From the NCBI RefSeq assembly GCF_001194135.2, contig NC_068984.1, forward strand, positions 42,456,734 to 42,520,733: a DNA stretch of 64,000 nucleotides. Direction: 5' to 3'. Positions 52,369-64,000 of this stretch are shown here, piece after piece (the stretch's first letter is position 1; every line of letters starts with the position of its first letter). The position numbers were made by a program, and so were the translations under genes. This DNA is from Octopus bimaculoides (Eukaryota). The notes beneath the pieces were generated by a model that did no database searches, was not told the DNA's origin, and saw nothing but the letters and a program-made list of their open reading frames with translations.

Positions 52369-52420
52369 CTTCTCTCTGTATCTTTGACTCCCATTCACTC
52401 TGTCTTTGTCTGTCTCTGTC

Positions 52421-52467
<47 letters not shown>

Positions 52468-54830
52468 TTGCCATTATCAACACCAACGTCACCGCTGAAG
52501 TCTCTGCCAATAGTCGCTACCGTAACTACCAATTGTTCCTTACTCTATTGGACTTACCTCCCTTATTGTGACACTAAACACATGCTCGCAGGTAGAAACG
52601 TATCAACGTATATACATATAAATTATTGGTGTAATACATGTTGTGTTCTGTCAAATGATTTTAGCTAAATAATTTTCCAGGCAACGTAACTTTCGTTCAT
52701 GTAATAGTATTTCTTATTTATTAGATGCTGCGTGAATCATTTTTATTACATTGAATTATTTGTGTGCATTGTTGTATAGTTTGGTCAACTGATTGATATA
52801 TATATATAACATTTATGGAAGAGGGTATGTTTTAACTAGAGTATGTTTCCTTAGCAAGAGTATATTCTGTTAGCAAGAGTATATTCTGCGTTTTGTTGAT
52901 TAGCAGACAGTTTATTGTTTAGCATTAAACTGATTTAGCTTTGTAGTCCTTTGTTCGTGGAGAAGAATCTAACATCCGTGTACATATTTTATAGCTGATA
53001 TTCACGATCTCCACACGTGTATAAGTATTTATTGGTTGTTTTACCGTTTGAGGAAATATAAAAATCCTTAAATAAACCTTTAAACCTGAAAAATAGTCGT
53101 ATTTCCAAATATATCATTTTGCTATCAAGATTAATACTTGTTCACTCTCGCTTTTATTTTCTCTCTTCTCTCTCTCCTCTTTGTATTTATATACTTATGC
53201 GTATGTGCATGCGTATGCATGCTCTTATCAGGGACAACATTTCAATACAGAAGAAAGTTTTCGATTTCTAGTCGCAGAAATGTTAAACAGCAAAAAGGCG
53301 GATTACTTGAAAGTAATGCGCCTTATAAACAGTAGCGTCGGTGTCAGAGTTTGGTTTTAAATAACACTTGCGTTCTTCACTGGACTGGTTAAAGATTATG
53401 GTTTGCAAAATTTAAAAAATGGTTTGTAAAATATGAATAACAAAAAATATGGATACCAAACAATCGTAATCTTATTCTGTATAAATTTAGGATGTTGTGA
53501 ATAAGAAACTAACAGATTTTACAAATCACATTATTTGTGTTATGCAATGTAAGCTAAATTAATCAAAAGGAAACGTGGTTAAATTCTCATACTCAGCCAC
53601 TCACAATTTTGCACAATCAATCGCCTCTTCAGATGCAATCAAACTATAAACTAAGCGAACTATCCACATAATTGCACTTACACAAGTAAGCAACCACTGC
53701 TCCTTCAGGGAATGGAAACTAACAAAAAATTTTCTCTACAAAGCTAATGTGAACAATGATCCATTGTCTCGACCTTTTGTTGGTTAATTGCGAATAAATT
53801 TTTAAAAAGATTTTGCGGCATACATTTTCATTTAATCACAGATATACACTTCACTGTCAAAGTACGAGTGGATGCTGAAAAATTGTAGCATAAATTTAAA
53901 TATTTTTTAAAATATTCTATTAAGAGACAGACCATTCGATCAAAATGAAGAAAACCGTGTCTGGAATGCGAATTAGAGGAGACTGTTACCTAGAGATACC
54001 TCACCAGTTTTGTTTTTCATTGAAATAAACGGGATACTTTCATTTCCAATTCAAATTTCCTTTGCTCCTAATTTAGATATAATGCTGTTTTATTTTTATT
54101 CAAAATTCCTGAAATGTCTTGATCCTTCTTTGGTTGAAAGTCTCGATGCTAATATTTAAGCAAACCAATCCAGTAACACAGTGGTTACCTATTTGAGGGT
54201 CAGGTTTCTTTAATCGTATTCACGCAATGGCAGATCTTTCAAATAATTTCAATTTTTGCAATTAATTTGCTGTCCTCTTCCTTTCCAAGTTTTGCACACT
54301 CATTAATTAACAGTACCAAAATCATGCCCACCAAATGTTTTTAAATATATGCAATTATGTAAATTTAGATTTAAAAGGATGTCCGCAACCACTCGGAATT
54401 ATGAATATATCACAATTTATGGAATTATGAATATATCGTAATTTCTATCAACTCCATCACTTCACAGTTTATTAAATTTTGGCTGACCAGCAAGCATGGT
54501 CAACAGTAGAGTTTCTTTTTCTGCTAAGCTGATGCCTTTGTACACTCAGTTTGATCATACCATCTGGTTTGAACAGAATTCGTGTCTAATTTAGTTTTCA
54601 GTAGAGAACTAGATTGGCCTGATTTAACAATTTCTCGCATTTTGTTTTGTTTTTTGCTTTGTTTTGTGCTTTTCAGCAATATTTCTTTGCGCGATATCGT
54701 TCGTTATTATGCGTAAATTTATTTTTATTTCATCAAAAGTCTACATGTGTTTCTGACACCTAAACTTTTCATAAAATATATACAAATTTAGCAAACCATG
54801 AATATATATATATATATATATATAATTATT

Positions 54831-54865
<35 letters not shown>

Positions 54866-55286
54866 CAAAACAATTTGATTCGGCTCCATGCGACTTAAAA
54901 TTTTGCAGTCTTCTAACAGAAACCTAGCTCGTGGAGGCTCGGATTACTGAATGCAAAAATACAAGAAGTCCAAGGCTGCTACAGGAAAATGGGCTGCTAT
55001 TCGTGATACTTATGTGTATATAAACATGTGTGTGTGTGTGTGTGTGCGTGCGTGCGCGTGTGTGTGTGTGCGTGTGCGCGTGTGTGCATGCGTGTGTGTT
55101 TTTATATACATGCATACATACATAAACGTTAGCTAGGATGACAAATCCTCTCATCAAGATAAACCGTAGCAATGTCACCAGTAAGTGAAGACATGCGACA
55201 GACATGTACGCAGCCCAGTTCCTTCATTCTGGCGATACATTAAAATAATAATTATTATTTAATCCATTATTATAATTATAATAATG

Positions 55287-55742
55287 GTTTAAATTTTTGA
55301 TACAAGGACATGGAATTTAAGGAAAGGTTAAGTCGATTACATCGACCTTAATGTTCAGCTGATGCTTATTTTTTCGACCCTCAAAATTTGAAAGGTAAAG
55401 TTGCCCTTGGCTCGCGCACTCACACCATTTATTTCATTCGTTATAAATTCTCTGAACAATATCTATAAAATGAAAGTTAGATTCCAAGTATAAACAAGAC
55501 GAATGTTGGATAGCATTTATGTCGTGGAGTGTAACATAGATTCAAGGACAGTAATTATTTAGAGGAGGTAGTCAATACCAGCATTCCTAGTACTTAGAAT
55601 GGGACTTTATTATATTGACCCCGAAAGAATGGAAGGCAAAGTTGATCTCAGCGGGATTTGAGCTCGGAATATAAAGCGCCGGAAAAATACAGAAAAGCAT
55701 TTTCTTCGACGCTCTAAAGTGTTTGCCAGCTCGCCGCCTTAG
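55287..55742 (-). mobile_element. Two decayed family B SINE copies (55287-55412 and 55540-55742)
   Basis: gtcgattacatcgacc, ttgaccccgaaagaatggaaggcaaagttgatctc and gccagctcgccgcctta. Confidence 0.75.
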
Positions 55743-56729
55743 GATAGTATTTAGAAAATAGTAACAGTAAAGAGCACCATACTGAATTTAATATGTCTTT
55801 AGAATTACATTTATTAAATAAATTTGCATAACATATATTAGACGGTCCCGCTTTTCTCTTGATAAGGCGACTACTTCATGATTACATATACGAATGTTAT
55901 TCTATAATCTGGTTGGTGAACTTGTAGGCTTTGAAGAAATTGTCCATAAATATTATCTTTCTCACCGATTTAACATGAAACATTCTCAACGGCTAAACAT
56001 GAGTTTTATTTTCAGTTCCAAAAAGTTATGTCAGGAATGTATTTGGGTGAAGTTTTTGACTGGAATGGTCCAACATATGTATCCATTTTGTATATGTCCA
56101 TGTATGTATGTATGTATGTATATATGTATGTATGCATGCATGCATGAGTTTGTGCATGTGTGTACGTATGTGTGATGCACACATTTATGTATATGTGTGT
56201 TTCTGTGCGTGGAAGTGAATATACGTGTGTGTCTACTTGTGCGAATGTGTCAGCATGTATCTTGAGTAAACAAGACCATATGCATATACGCATATACCAC
56301 ACTTGTAAATAGAATATACATGTATGCATAAAAAGAGGAGCGAGAGATAGAGATAACGAGAGAGTGACAGAGACTTACAGGAGAAAAGGTATAGACATAG
56401 ATGTTCATGCAAACACACACAAACGCGCGCGCTACGCATAGCATAGAGTCTCTGATATATAACACTAATACAGAGGCATGAACAACTTTAATTAGCTGAG
56501 GCAGACCTTGAAACTAAGGAACAAATTCCTCCACTAAGAGTGTTTAAAATATATGAAAAAGCTGTATACGATAATAATAAATCCATTACTATCAACCAAT
56601 TCAAAAATCTTGGATTTTGTCTTGAAAACCAACTGGAGAAAGCAACAGGCAGATTTCATTCTTCTTTGATTGCAACGGTAAAATGTATACCTTTAATTGG
56701 TTGTGTTTGTATATGTGTGTGAATGTATT

Positions 56730-56853
<124 letters not shown>

Positions 56854-56923
56854 TCTATCTAATCTGTCTGTCTATCTATAAAGATAGATACACACACATA
56901 TATGTGTGTGCGCGTGTGTGTGT

Positions 56924-57207
56924 GAAGGTGCGTGGTTTAGTTGTTAGGGGATTGCACGCATAATCTCTAGATTATGGGTTCGATTCCCAGACCGGGTGAT
57001 GCGTTCCACTCTTGAATAAAACACTTTATTTCACTTTCTACCAGTTGATTCAACTCTAAATGGGTGAGCCTGCGACGGAACAGCCTTCCAATCATGGAGA
57101 ATGTTAGCCTGCTGACCTAACCAGCTGAGTAGCGCTATTCGGAAGCTAAAACAATGCGAAGCGCATTATGAACCGTGATGTACAACACTCGATAGTCTGG
57201 TTGTTAC

Positions 57208-57212
<5 letters not shown>
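56924..57212 (+). mobile_element. Old tRNA-headed SINE (family D)
   Basis: A-box-like gtggtttagttgttagg and B box gggttcgattccc. The body cctgcgacgg... resembles the 3' half of the 40886 element. Confidence 0.65.
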
Positions 57213-57244
<32 letters not shown>

Positions 57245-57245
<1 letters not shown>

Positions 57246-57499
57246 TACAAAATAGGACAAGAACACAAAACATCCAGATAGACGATACAAAGAAAACGAA
57301 GGACAAGTCATTCGGAGTTTTCTTTCATCAGTCGAGTTCCAGATTATCTTTGCAAATTCGGCTGCTTATACTCGAGATTGCTCCAATCTAGCCATCCCTA
57401 AAGAAAAACTAATCTAAGAGCATTAAATTCCTTGGAAGAAAGCAGCCAATGTATACAAAACAAGGACGGAAAAAAACGAACAATGTTACACAAATACAT
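57245..57499 (-). mobile_element. Second copy of the 13122-13420 repeat
   Basis: Reverse-complement alignment to 13122-13420. Confidence 0.8.
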
Positions 57500-57662
57500 A
57501 TACATACATATATATATATATATATNNNNNNNNNNNNNNNNNNNNNNNNNNNNNNNNNNNNNNNNNNNNNNNNNNNNNNNNNNNNNNNNNNNNNNNNNNN
57601 NNNNNNNNNNNNNNNNNNNNNNNNNNNNNNNNNNNNNNNNNNNNNNNNNNNNNNNNNNNNNN

Positions 57663-57707
<45 letters not shown>

Positions 57708-58932
57708 GGCAAAGAAGAAAATGGAGATAATTAATTGACAAACATCAGCTTACGAACATCAGCTAGATCTATTTATTAATTACAATCATATGAATAAATA
57801 AATAAATAAAGATAAATGAGTGAATATATATCTACTCTTACAGCTGTTTCTACTTTGGGGTCCATTATGCTAAAGTCAACACATCGTACCTAGATTATAC
57901 AAAAATTGTGCAAACATTGAACAAAAATTGGACAAAATTTGAACCCCAAAGCTTCATCAGAGAGTCGTCCAATTTTTGTTCAATGTTTATACAATCTTTG
58001 TATAATCTTGGTATGATGTGTCAACCTTGGCATGCTGGACCCCAAAATAGAAACAGCTGTAAGAGTAGAGTTATATTCACTCATTTTTCCTTATTTATTC
58101 ATATGATTATAATTAATATATAGATCCTGTTGATGTTTGTAAGCTGATGTTTGTCAATTAATTATCTTCTCCATTTTCTTCCTTGCCTTATAAATTCTGT
58201 TTAAACTTTTGTTTACCTCTACACATATCTATTATTGAATTGCAATATTGCCTTACACCAGTAAGCATTTGGATATATATAGGTATACATCCAGTAGTAT
58301 ATTGGATATTTATTATCCCTTAGATGGTTGTCTAAGCTCTACTCATATATGCGTATNNNNNNNNNNNNNNNNNNNNNNNNNNNNNNNNNNNNNNNNNNNN
58401 NNNNNNNNNNNNNNNNNNNNNNNNNNNNNNNNNNNNNNNNNNNNNNNNNNNNNNNNNNNNNNNNNNNNNNNNNNNNNNNNNNNNNNNNNNNNNNNNNNNN
58501 NNNNNNNNNNNNNNNNNNNNNNNNNNNNNNNNNNNNNNNNNNNNNNNNNNNNNNNNNNNNNNNNNATAAAAGGAGCAAAAATACTGGAGATTCAGTATAT
58601 ATTCCACGTGGCAAAATTATGAGTTGAAAATATGTGGAAAACATATATAAGAAGTGGAAGAGAAATACCATCGTTTCACATAGTTTAGTATCGTTATATA
58701 AAGAAATGTTTTTTTTAAATATATACATATTTTATGAATGTTGTGATATCCAACCGCTTTTCGCTATTTAAATTAGCTTTTCAAGGGACATTGTGAAGTA
58801 ATCAATTCTTGTGACAAAGGGGTCTCACCATTTTGGATGCTTGAAAAATAAGAATGAGTCTAAAGAGTGGATCCAGGGAGGCAACAGGTGGCAAGGGGGA
58901 CAACTAACTCCTCAGTACAATTTTTGAAGTGG

Positions 58933-59240
58933 TTAAGTTTGTATATTAAGGTGTTGTCTGTACTTTTGAATGAACAGGTTTTCCTTGTTTAGGCGTTCTT
59001 GTAAGGAGATTGGATTTTTGCATTGGTATAATGGAAAGATATAGAAATTCGGCGTTTTATTTCTTGCGCATCTGTCGATATGTTCGCTCAGGCCTATCTG
59101 CCTGTATCGAGGAAAACGAATCTGCTCTTTATGCAGCGTGACTCTGCGTCTGAAAGTAGGGCTCGTTTGTCCCACATAATTGTGGCCACAACCTGAGCAG
59201 GTTAGGACATAGATAAGTTTCTGGGAAGCACATGTGAAGT
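58933..59240 (-). mobile_element. Penelope-like element, GIY-YIG endonuclease 3' fragment
   Basis: Uninterrupted frame FTCASQKLIYVLTCSGCGHNYVGQTSPTFRRRVTLHKEQIR..LSEHIDRCA..RLNKENLFIQKYRQHLN. It carries the IY-CxxC-YVGQT signature and the conserved R, H and E of PLE endonucleases. Confidence 0.88.
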
Positions 59241-59849
59241 TATATATATATGAATGATTTTAAAAAACATGTAGTAAATACAAGCTAACATATACTAAGT
59301 ACACAGGTGAACAGAAAATACAGAAAGTCAAGTCACCAACTCTTCATCAGTTATCGGCCAAAGAGTCAAACGCAATTTCAGCCATTATCGATAATATAGA
59401 TTCCACTCTGGAGACACCGGCAAGAAACTTGCCGGGAATGGGACCAAAACATAACAAAACGAGACGGGCTCGAGACGAGACCTTTAGTGGACAGGCGAGG
59501 GACAAAACAATAAACAGAATAAAGGCTTAGGGCCACTCGAAGTCACCAATTAATAAGGATAATAATACATATACAACAAAATAAACCTCAGAAATGCCAA
59601 CAATAGCAGCAACAACAACAGCCGAACAACTGTTATAGCAACTGTGGCACTACAGATTGATTGAAGTACCACCATTAGCATCACCACTGCCACCACCACC
59701 ACCACGATCATCATCCGCATCATCCAGAGCCCCACCCGTTGCTGTAACTCCCCTACTTCACGTCCCCACTACTCACAGAGAGCCACCACTAGACATATAC
59801 ACAGAAGGCCAATTATAGAAACGCAATGACTACGGCAGTAGTAGTAGTA

Positions 59850-59913
<64 letters not shown>

Positions 59914-60549
59914 CAGTAGTAGTTATTGTTCATGCGGGTGCTGCAGTTATAGTTGTTGTTGTTCCGCCTATTCTGCCCCACCCTCATTGCTAGCATGTAC
60001 CATTATCGATTTCTCATTTTTATGCAACACCATCGTAAGCATCACCACCACCACCACCACTCATAACGACTGTCACTATCATCACTACTACAATGACTGG
60101 CGTCGCCATCTCTGCCTCCATCACCACCATCACAAAGTCCTTTACTCCCTCACCCCCACCTACTGTAACTCCCCTACCACATTTCACTAAAATTTGTATT
60201 ATTTCGAATCAATGAAGAATTCTCAATGTGGTTCTCGACCTCATCTCATGGAAGTAGAAACTAATTCTCCCTCAAGTTCCCAACCGTATCTTAAAGTAAG
60301 GCCACTTTAGATAATGTTACACTGTATGTATGAAAAAGTCGGGATGTTCATGGCTGAAATACCTTTTATCATAGTTCCTCTTAATGAGGAATGGTATTCA
60401 GTATTTCTCAGCCATTTTCTACCTACGGAGTTTCTTTGATTCTTATTTCACTCGAGTAGTCATTTGATGTTTTAAAAAATTATATATTTTTATAATTAGA
60501 TATTATTAGGAATTGAATAAAAAAAAATTCTTAAAATATTTTGAGAAAT

Positions 60550-60714
60550 GTAGGCGCAGGAGTGGCTGTGTAGTAAGAAGCTTGCTTCCCAACCACATGG
60601 TTCCGGGTTCAGTCCCACTGCGTGGCACCTTGGGCAAGTGTCTCCTACTATAGCCTCGAGCCGACTAAAGCCTAGTGAGTGGATTTGGTAGACGGAAACT
60701 GAAAGAAGCCCGTC

Positions 60715-60764
<50 letters not shown>

Positions 60765-60765
60765 A

Positions 60766-60816
<51 letters not shown>

Positions 60817-61025
60817 TATTTGTGTGTCTGTGTTTGTTCTCCTCACCATCACTTGACAACCGATGCTGGTGTGTTTACGTCCCCGTAACTTAGCGATTCG
60901 GCAAACGAAACCGATAGAATAAGTATTAGGCTTACAAAGAATAAGTCCTGCAGTCGAAATGTTCGACTAAAGGCAGTGCCCCAACATGGCCGCAGTCAAA
61001 TGACTGAAACAAATAAAAGAATAAA
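60550..61025 (+). mobile_element. tRNA-derived SINE, family A, full length with internal (TA)n(TG)n(GA)n
   Basis: Head gtaggcgcaggagtggctgtg, B box ggttccgggttcagtccc, CORE-like gcaccttgggcaagt and tail tgactgaaacaaataaaaga. Confidence 0.93.
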
Positions 61026-61049
61026 AAAAACATGTTAAAGTATAACTAC

Positions 61050-61130
61050 AACCCTCAAGGGCCATTCGACCCCCGAGGGTCAATGGATCCTTAAAGGACA
61101 TATGGACGCCCACTGAAAACCACTGGTCTA
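61050..61130 (-). mobile_element. Possible hAT (Charlie-like) MITE terminus
   Basis: The reverse complement begins ta-gac-cagtggttttca, a Charlie-type end. No partner TIR was found. Confidence 0.35.
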
Positions 61131-61164
61131 GATGTAATGAACATTTAATATTACTCGCATTATA

Positions 61165-61538
61165 AGGCCAGAACCTTTAGCACGTCGGACAAAATGCTTA
61201 GCGGCATTTCGTCCGTGTTCACGCTCTGAGTTCAAATTCCACCGAGGTCAACTTTGCCTTTCATCCTTTCAGAGTTGATAAAATAAGGATCAGTCAAGCA
61301 CTGGGGTCGACGCAATCGACTTAATTCCTCTCCGAAATTGCTGGCCTTGTATCAAAAATTGAAATCAATATTACTCGCCATTATATTCGCTTGTCCTTAC
61401 GTTCAAATATCTCCGAGGTCAACTCTGCCCTTCGTCCTTCCGGAGTCGATAAATTAAGTACCAGTTGAGCACTGGGGTTCGTGTGATTGACTTGCCCCTC
61501 CCTTCAAAATTGGTGGCCGTGTGTCAAAATTCGAAACC
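61165..61538 (+). mobile_element. Two tandem family B SINEs separated and flanked by an 18-19 bp direct repeat
   Basis: aatattactcg(c/cc/t)attata occurs at 61147-61164, 61367-61385 and 61539-61556. Confidence 0.85.
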
Positions 61539-62373
61539 AATATTACTCGTATTATAACAGCTGATTTTCATTTATATTTACATCACAAACACTGGCAGCA
61601 GCACTAAAATCGCCAACACTATAACCGACGGAGCCACTATATAGGAAAGCCATCGGCTAGAAATAGCAGAGAGATTCCAATCAAATTACATCGCCTTGAA
61701 CATCGGACACTTTAGATGTAATCCGAGTTGGTCCAGCTTGGAATGCCTTAATTAGGGCTGAACTATGCACTAAACGCCGCTATTGCTTGAAATACAACGC
61801 TGCTATTGCTTGAAATATCCCCAATTGTAAACACCACTGGACGTTATCTCCGCTATATGACCACCACTACAGTAGCCCTCTCCAACACCACCACCACACT
61901 ACCGTCACCGCTATCGCTACCAATCCCACCAAAAGCAACATCATCACCAGTTAACATATCTTTCTCACTGTTACCACTGCCATTAGTATCTTCCCTCACT
62001 ATACACTCACACACACACACACACACTCTCTCGCGCGCGCGTTTACCGGTATGTTAGCAGCATCACTAACAGTTGTTGTACGTACCATCTCGTTCTCACT
62101 AGCATCACCACTACCATCATTACGACCACGACCACCCTATCCTCGTTACCGCCACTACCACTATCAAAACCACTACCACCACCACTACTATCACAACCAC
62201 CATCACAATTGCAAGTAATACCAGCACAGACAACACCATCACCACAAAACAACAACATCAACATGTAAACCATCTCCACCGCAATAACTAATACTACCAT
62301 CAAACACCCACTCACCCACCCATCTTCTCTTCGAAAAACCCTCATCCTACTCTCATTCCACTGTCTACAATTA

Positions 62374-62421
<48 letters not shown>

Positions 62422-62425
62422 CAGA

Positions 62426-62501
<76 letters not shown>

Positions 62502-62949
62502 ACAGCAGCAACAACAACGACAGCTGCAACAGCGCCACTACTGCCGCTCAGCCCCAAGATGCCATTCCAGTTCTTACCATCTCTGTTAGAAGACTTGACT
62601 ACCCATTTCACTCACTGACAGCCGCAGCGACCGAAAGGGCAGCAGAACGGGATGTGATACGACACAAACATAACAGGAAAAAGCAAAAAAAAAAAAAAAA
62701 CCACAAAAAAACTTGTAAGCTTACATGTAAAGAAATAAAATTACTGATCAACGAATAAATAAAATATTAAAATGTCATATATATATATATACACACACAC
62801 ACACGCAAATATACATACATGTATATAGCTGTTAAACAAAAGCAAGGAAAACTAAAGAGAAAACTCGAGGAATGACAATAAAATAGCGAACACAAAAACC
62901 CGTTCTTTGACAACGTACTTAGTTACAGCGTCCAGAGGACTGTAATTGC

Positions 62950-63440
62950 CATAGCAACAAAAGCTGGAATTACGGCCGTTCATAAACACTAACAACTGGA
63001 ATTACTTCTGTTAATATAACAACAACACCTATCGTAATAGCACCTGTCGTTACTATTATTATAGCAATAATACTTGGAACTAAAGTGCTTGTATCGTAAT
63101 AACAAATGGTGTTACCGCGGTTACTATAGCAATAACGACTTTTACTACAGCCGTTACTATAGCAATAACGACTGGAACTATCATCGTTATTATTGCAATA
63201 ACAAATAGAACGATCGCCGTTACGATAGAAATAACAACAGTGATTGTCGTTGTTATGAACTATAGCAGTAAGTGGAACTACTATCATCATTAAAGCAACA
63301 ACAGCGAATGACGTTGTTTCTATAGCAACTGGAACTACTACTGTAACTATAGCGACAGCGATCGATGAATTCTACCGTCGTACTTATAGCAACACCATAA
63401 CTACAGCGGTAACTAGAGTAACAACCACTAGACCGACTCA
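62950..63440. repeat. Degenerate triplet-periodic minisatellite (~30-33 bp unit, gttactatagcaataacgactggaact...)
   Basis: gttactatagcaataacgact recurs at ~63120 and ~63153, with looser variants throughout. The reading frames are broken by frameshifts. Confidence 0.6.
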
Positions 63441-63568
63441 TTAATGCTATCCGTATCAGGAGTTATTACTTTTGGAATTTTTTAAAAACATTTGGAGAAA
63501 TACCTTTGGATCTACCCCAGTAGCAATAGATGGATCTACCTCTGTAAATTATAAGTAACAGCAATACC

Positions 63569-63625
<57 letters not shown>

Positions 63626-64000
63626 AGTAGTTAATATAACCACTCAACATTATGACACCAACATCAATGCATTATTATTAAACATCATTATCATCAGCAG
63701 CAACTACTACTACTACTACTACTACTAATAATAATAATAATAATGTGGCCGGTGTAGGAGATTTAAACCTAATCACTTCAGTTACGTAGCTAATATGCCC
63801 TTTGGAAAGGCATGCACGTCATATAATCTCTTTATTAGCCATGCAAACATTTTATCCTTTATTTTAGATAGAAATCATACTTATTGTAATAAGCATTATT
63901 GCTTAATTATTCATATTGTTATTAATAGAAATACTATCATTTATATTATAATTATAAAAATTATGAAACTAAAATCCTACAATAACTTTGAAAATAACAA

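Noticed and set aside
53550-54350. Possible hAT transposase relic (PQIGNHCV..LASRLS, minus strand)
   Set aside because: The diagnostic RW motif was not found, and the sequence is too degenerate to support.
55880-56090. IIFMDNFF on the minus strand, resembling the piggyBac DNFF motif
   Set aside because: A single short motif, with no TTAA-bounded TIRs identified.
56490-56710. ~70-codon open frame (LAEADLETKEQIPPLRVFKIY..NQFKNLGFCL)
   Set aside because: No recognisable host protein. It may be an RT domain-7 remnant (FKYLG-like), but the evidence is insufficient.
61147-61556. Repeat-spacer-repeat pattern superficially like CRISPR
   Set aside because: The context is eukaryotic, the spacers are ~150-200 bp SINE copies, there are only three repeats and no cas genes.

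Overview
AT-rich eukaryotic non-coding DNA, most likely from an octopus (coleoid cephalopod) draft assembly. That assignment is an inference from the tRNA-derived SINE families and the extreme microsatellite density. There are 11 large N-gaps, mostly next to simple repeats. I find no recognisable host protein-coding exon, rRNA, intact tRNA or CRISPR array, and nearly all ORFs in the supplied track are microsatellite or N-gap artefacts. The window is a mosaic of transposon relics. These include at least four tRNA-headed SINE families (called A-D here); decayed non-LTR retrotransposons of several clades (CR1/L2-like, Tx1/L1-like, Dong/R4-like, HERO-like, other RLE-type 3' ends, and a Penelope GIY-YIG end); Tc1/mariner relics (including DD37D maT-like pieces); and small MITEs. 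The most notable structures are a head-to-tail SINE multimer joined at a recurring position, a palindromic left-end/left-end mariner derivative, a Merlin-like MITE filled with TTAGGG-like repeats, a tRNA-Thr(GGT)-like cloverleaf between direct repeats, degenerate minimal hammerhead-ribozyme motifs, and retroelements that appear to land in (TAA)n and (CATA)n microsatellites. I found no convincing new gene system. All family names come from motif recognition by eye, not from database searches.
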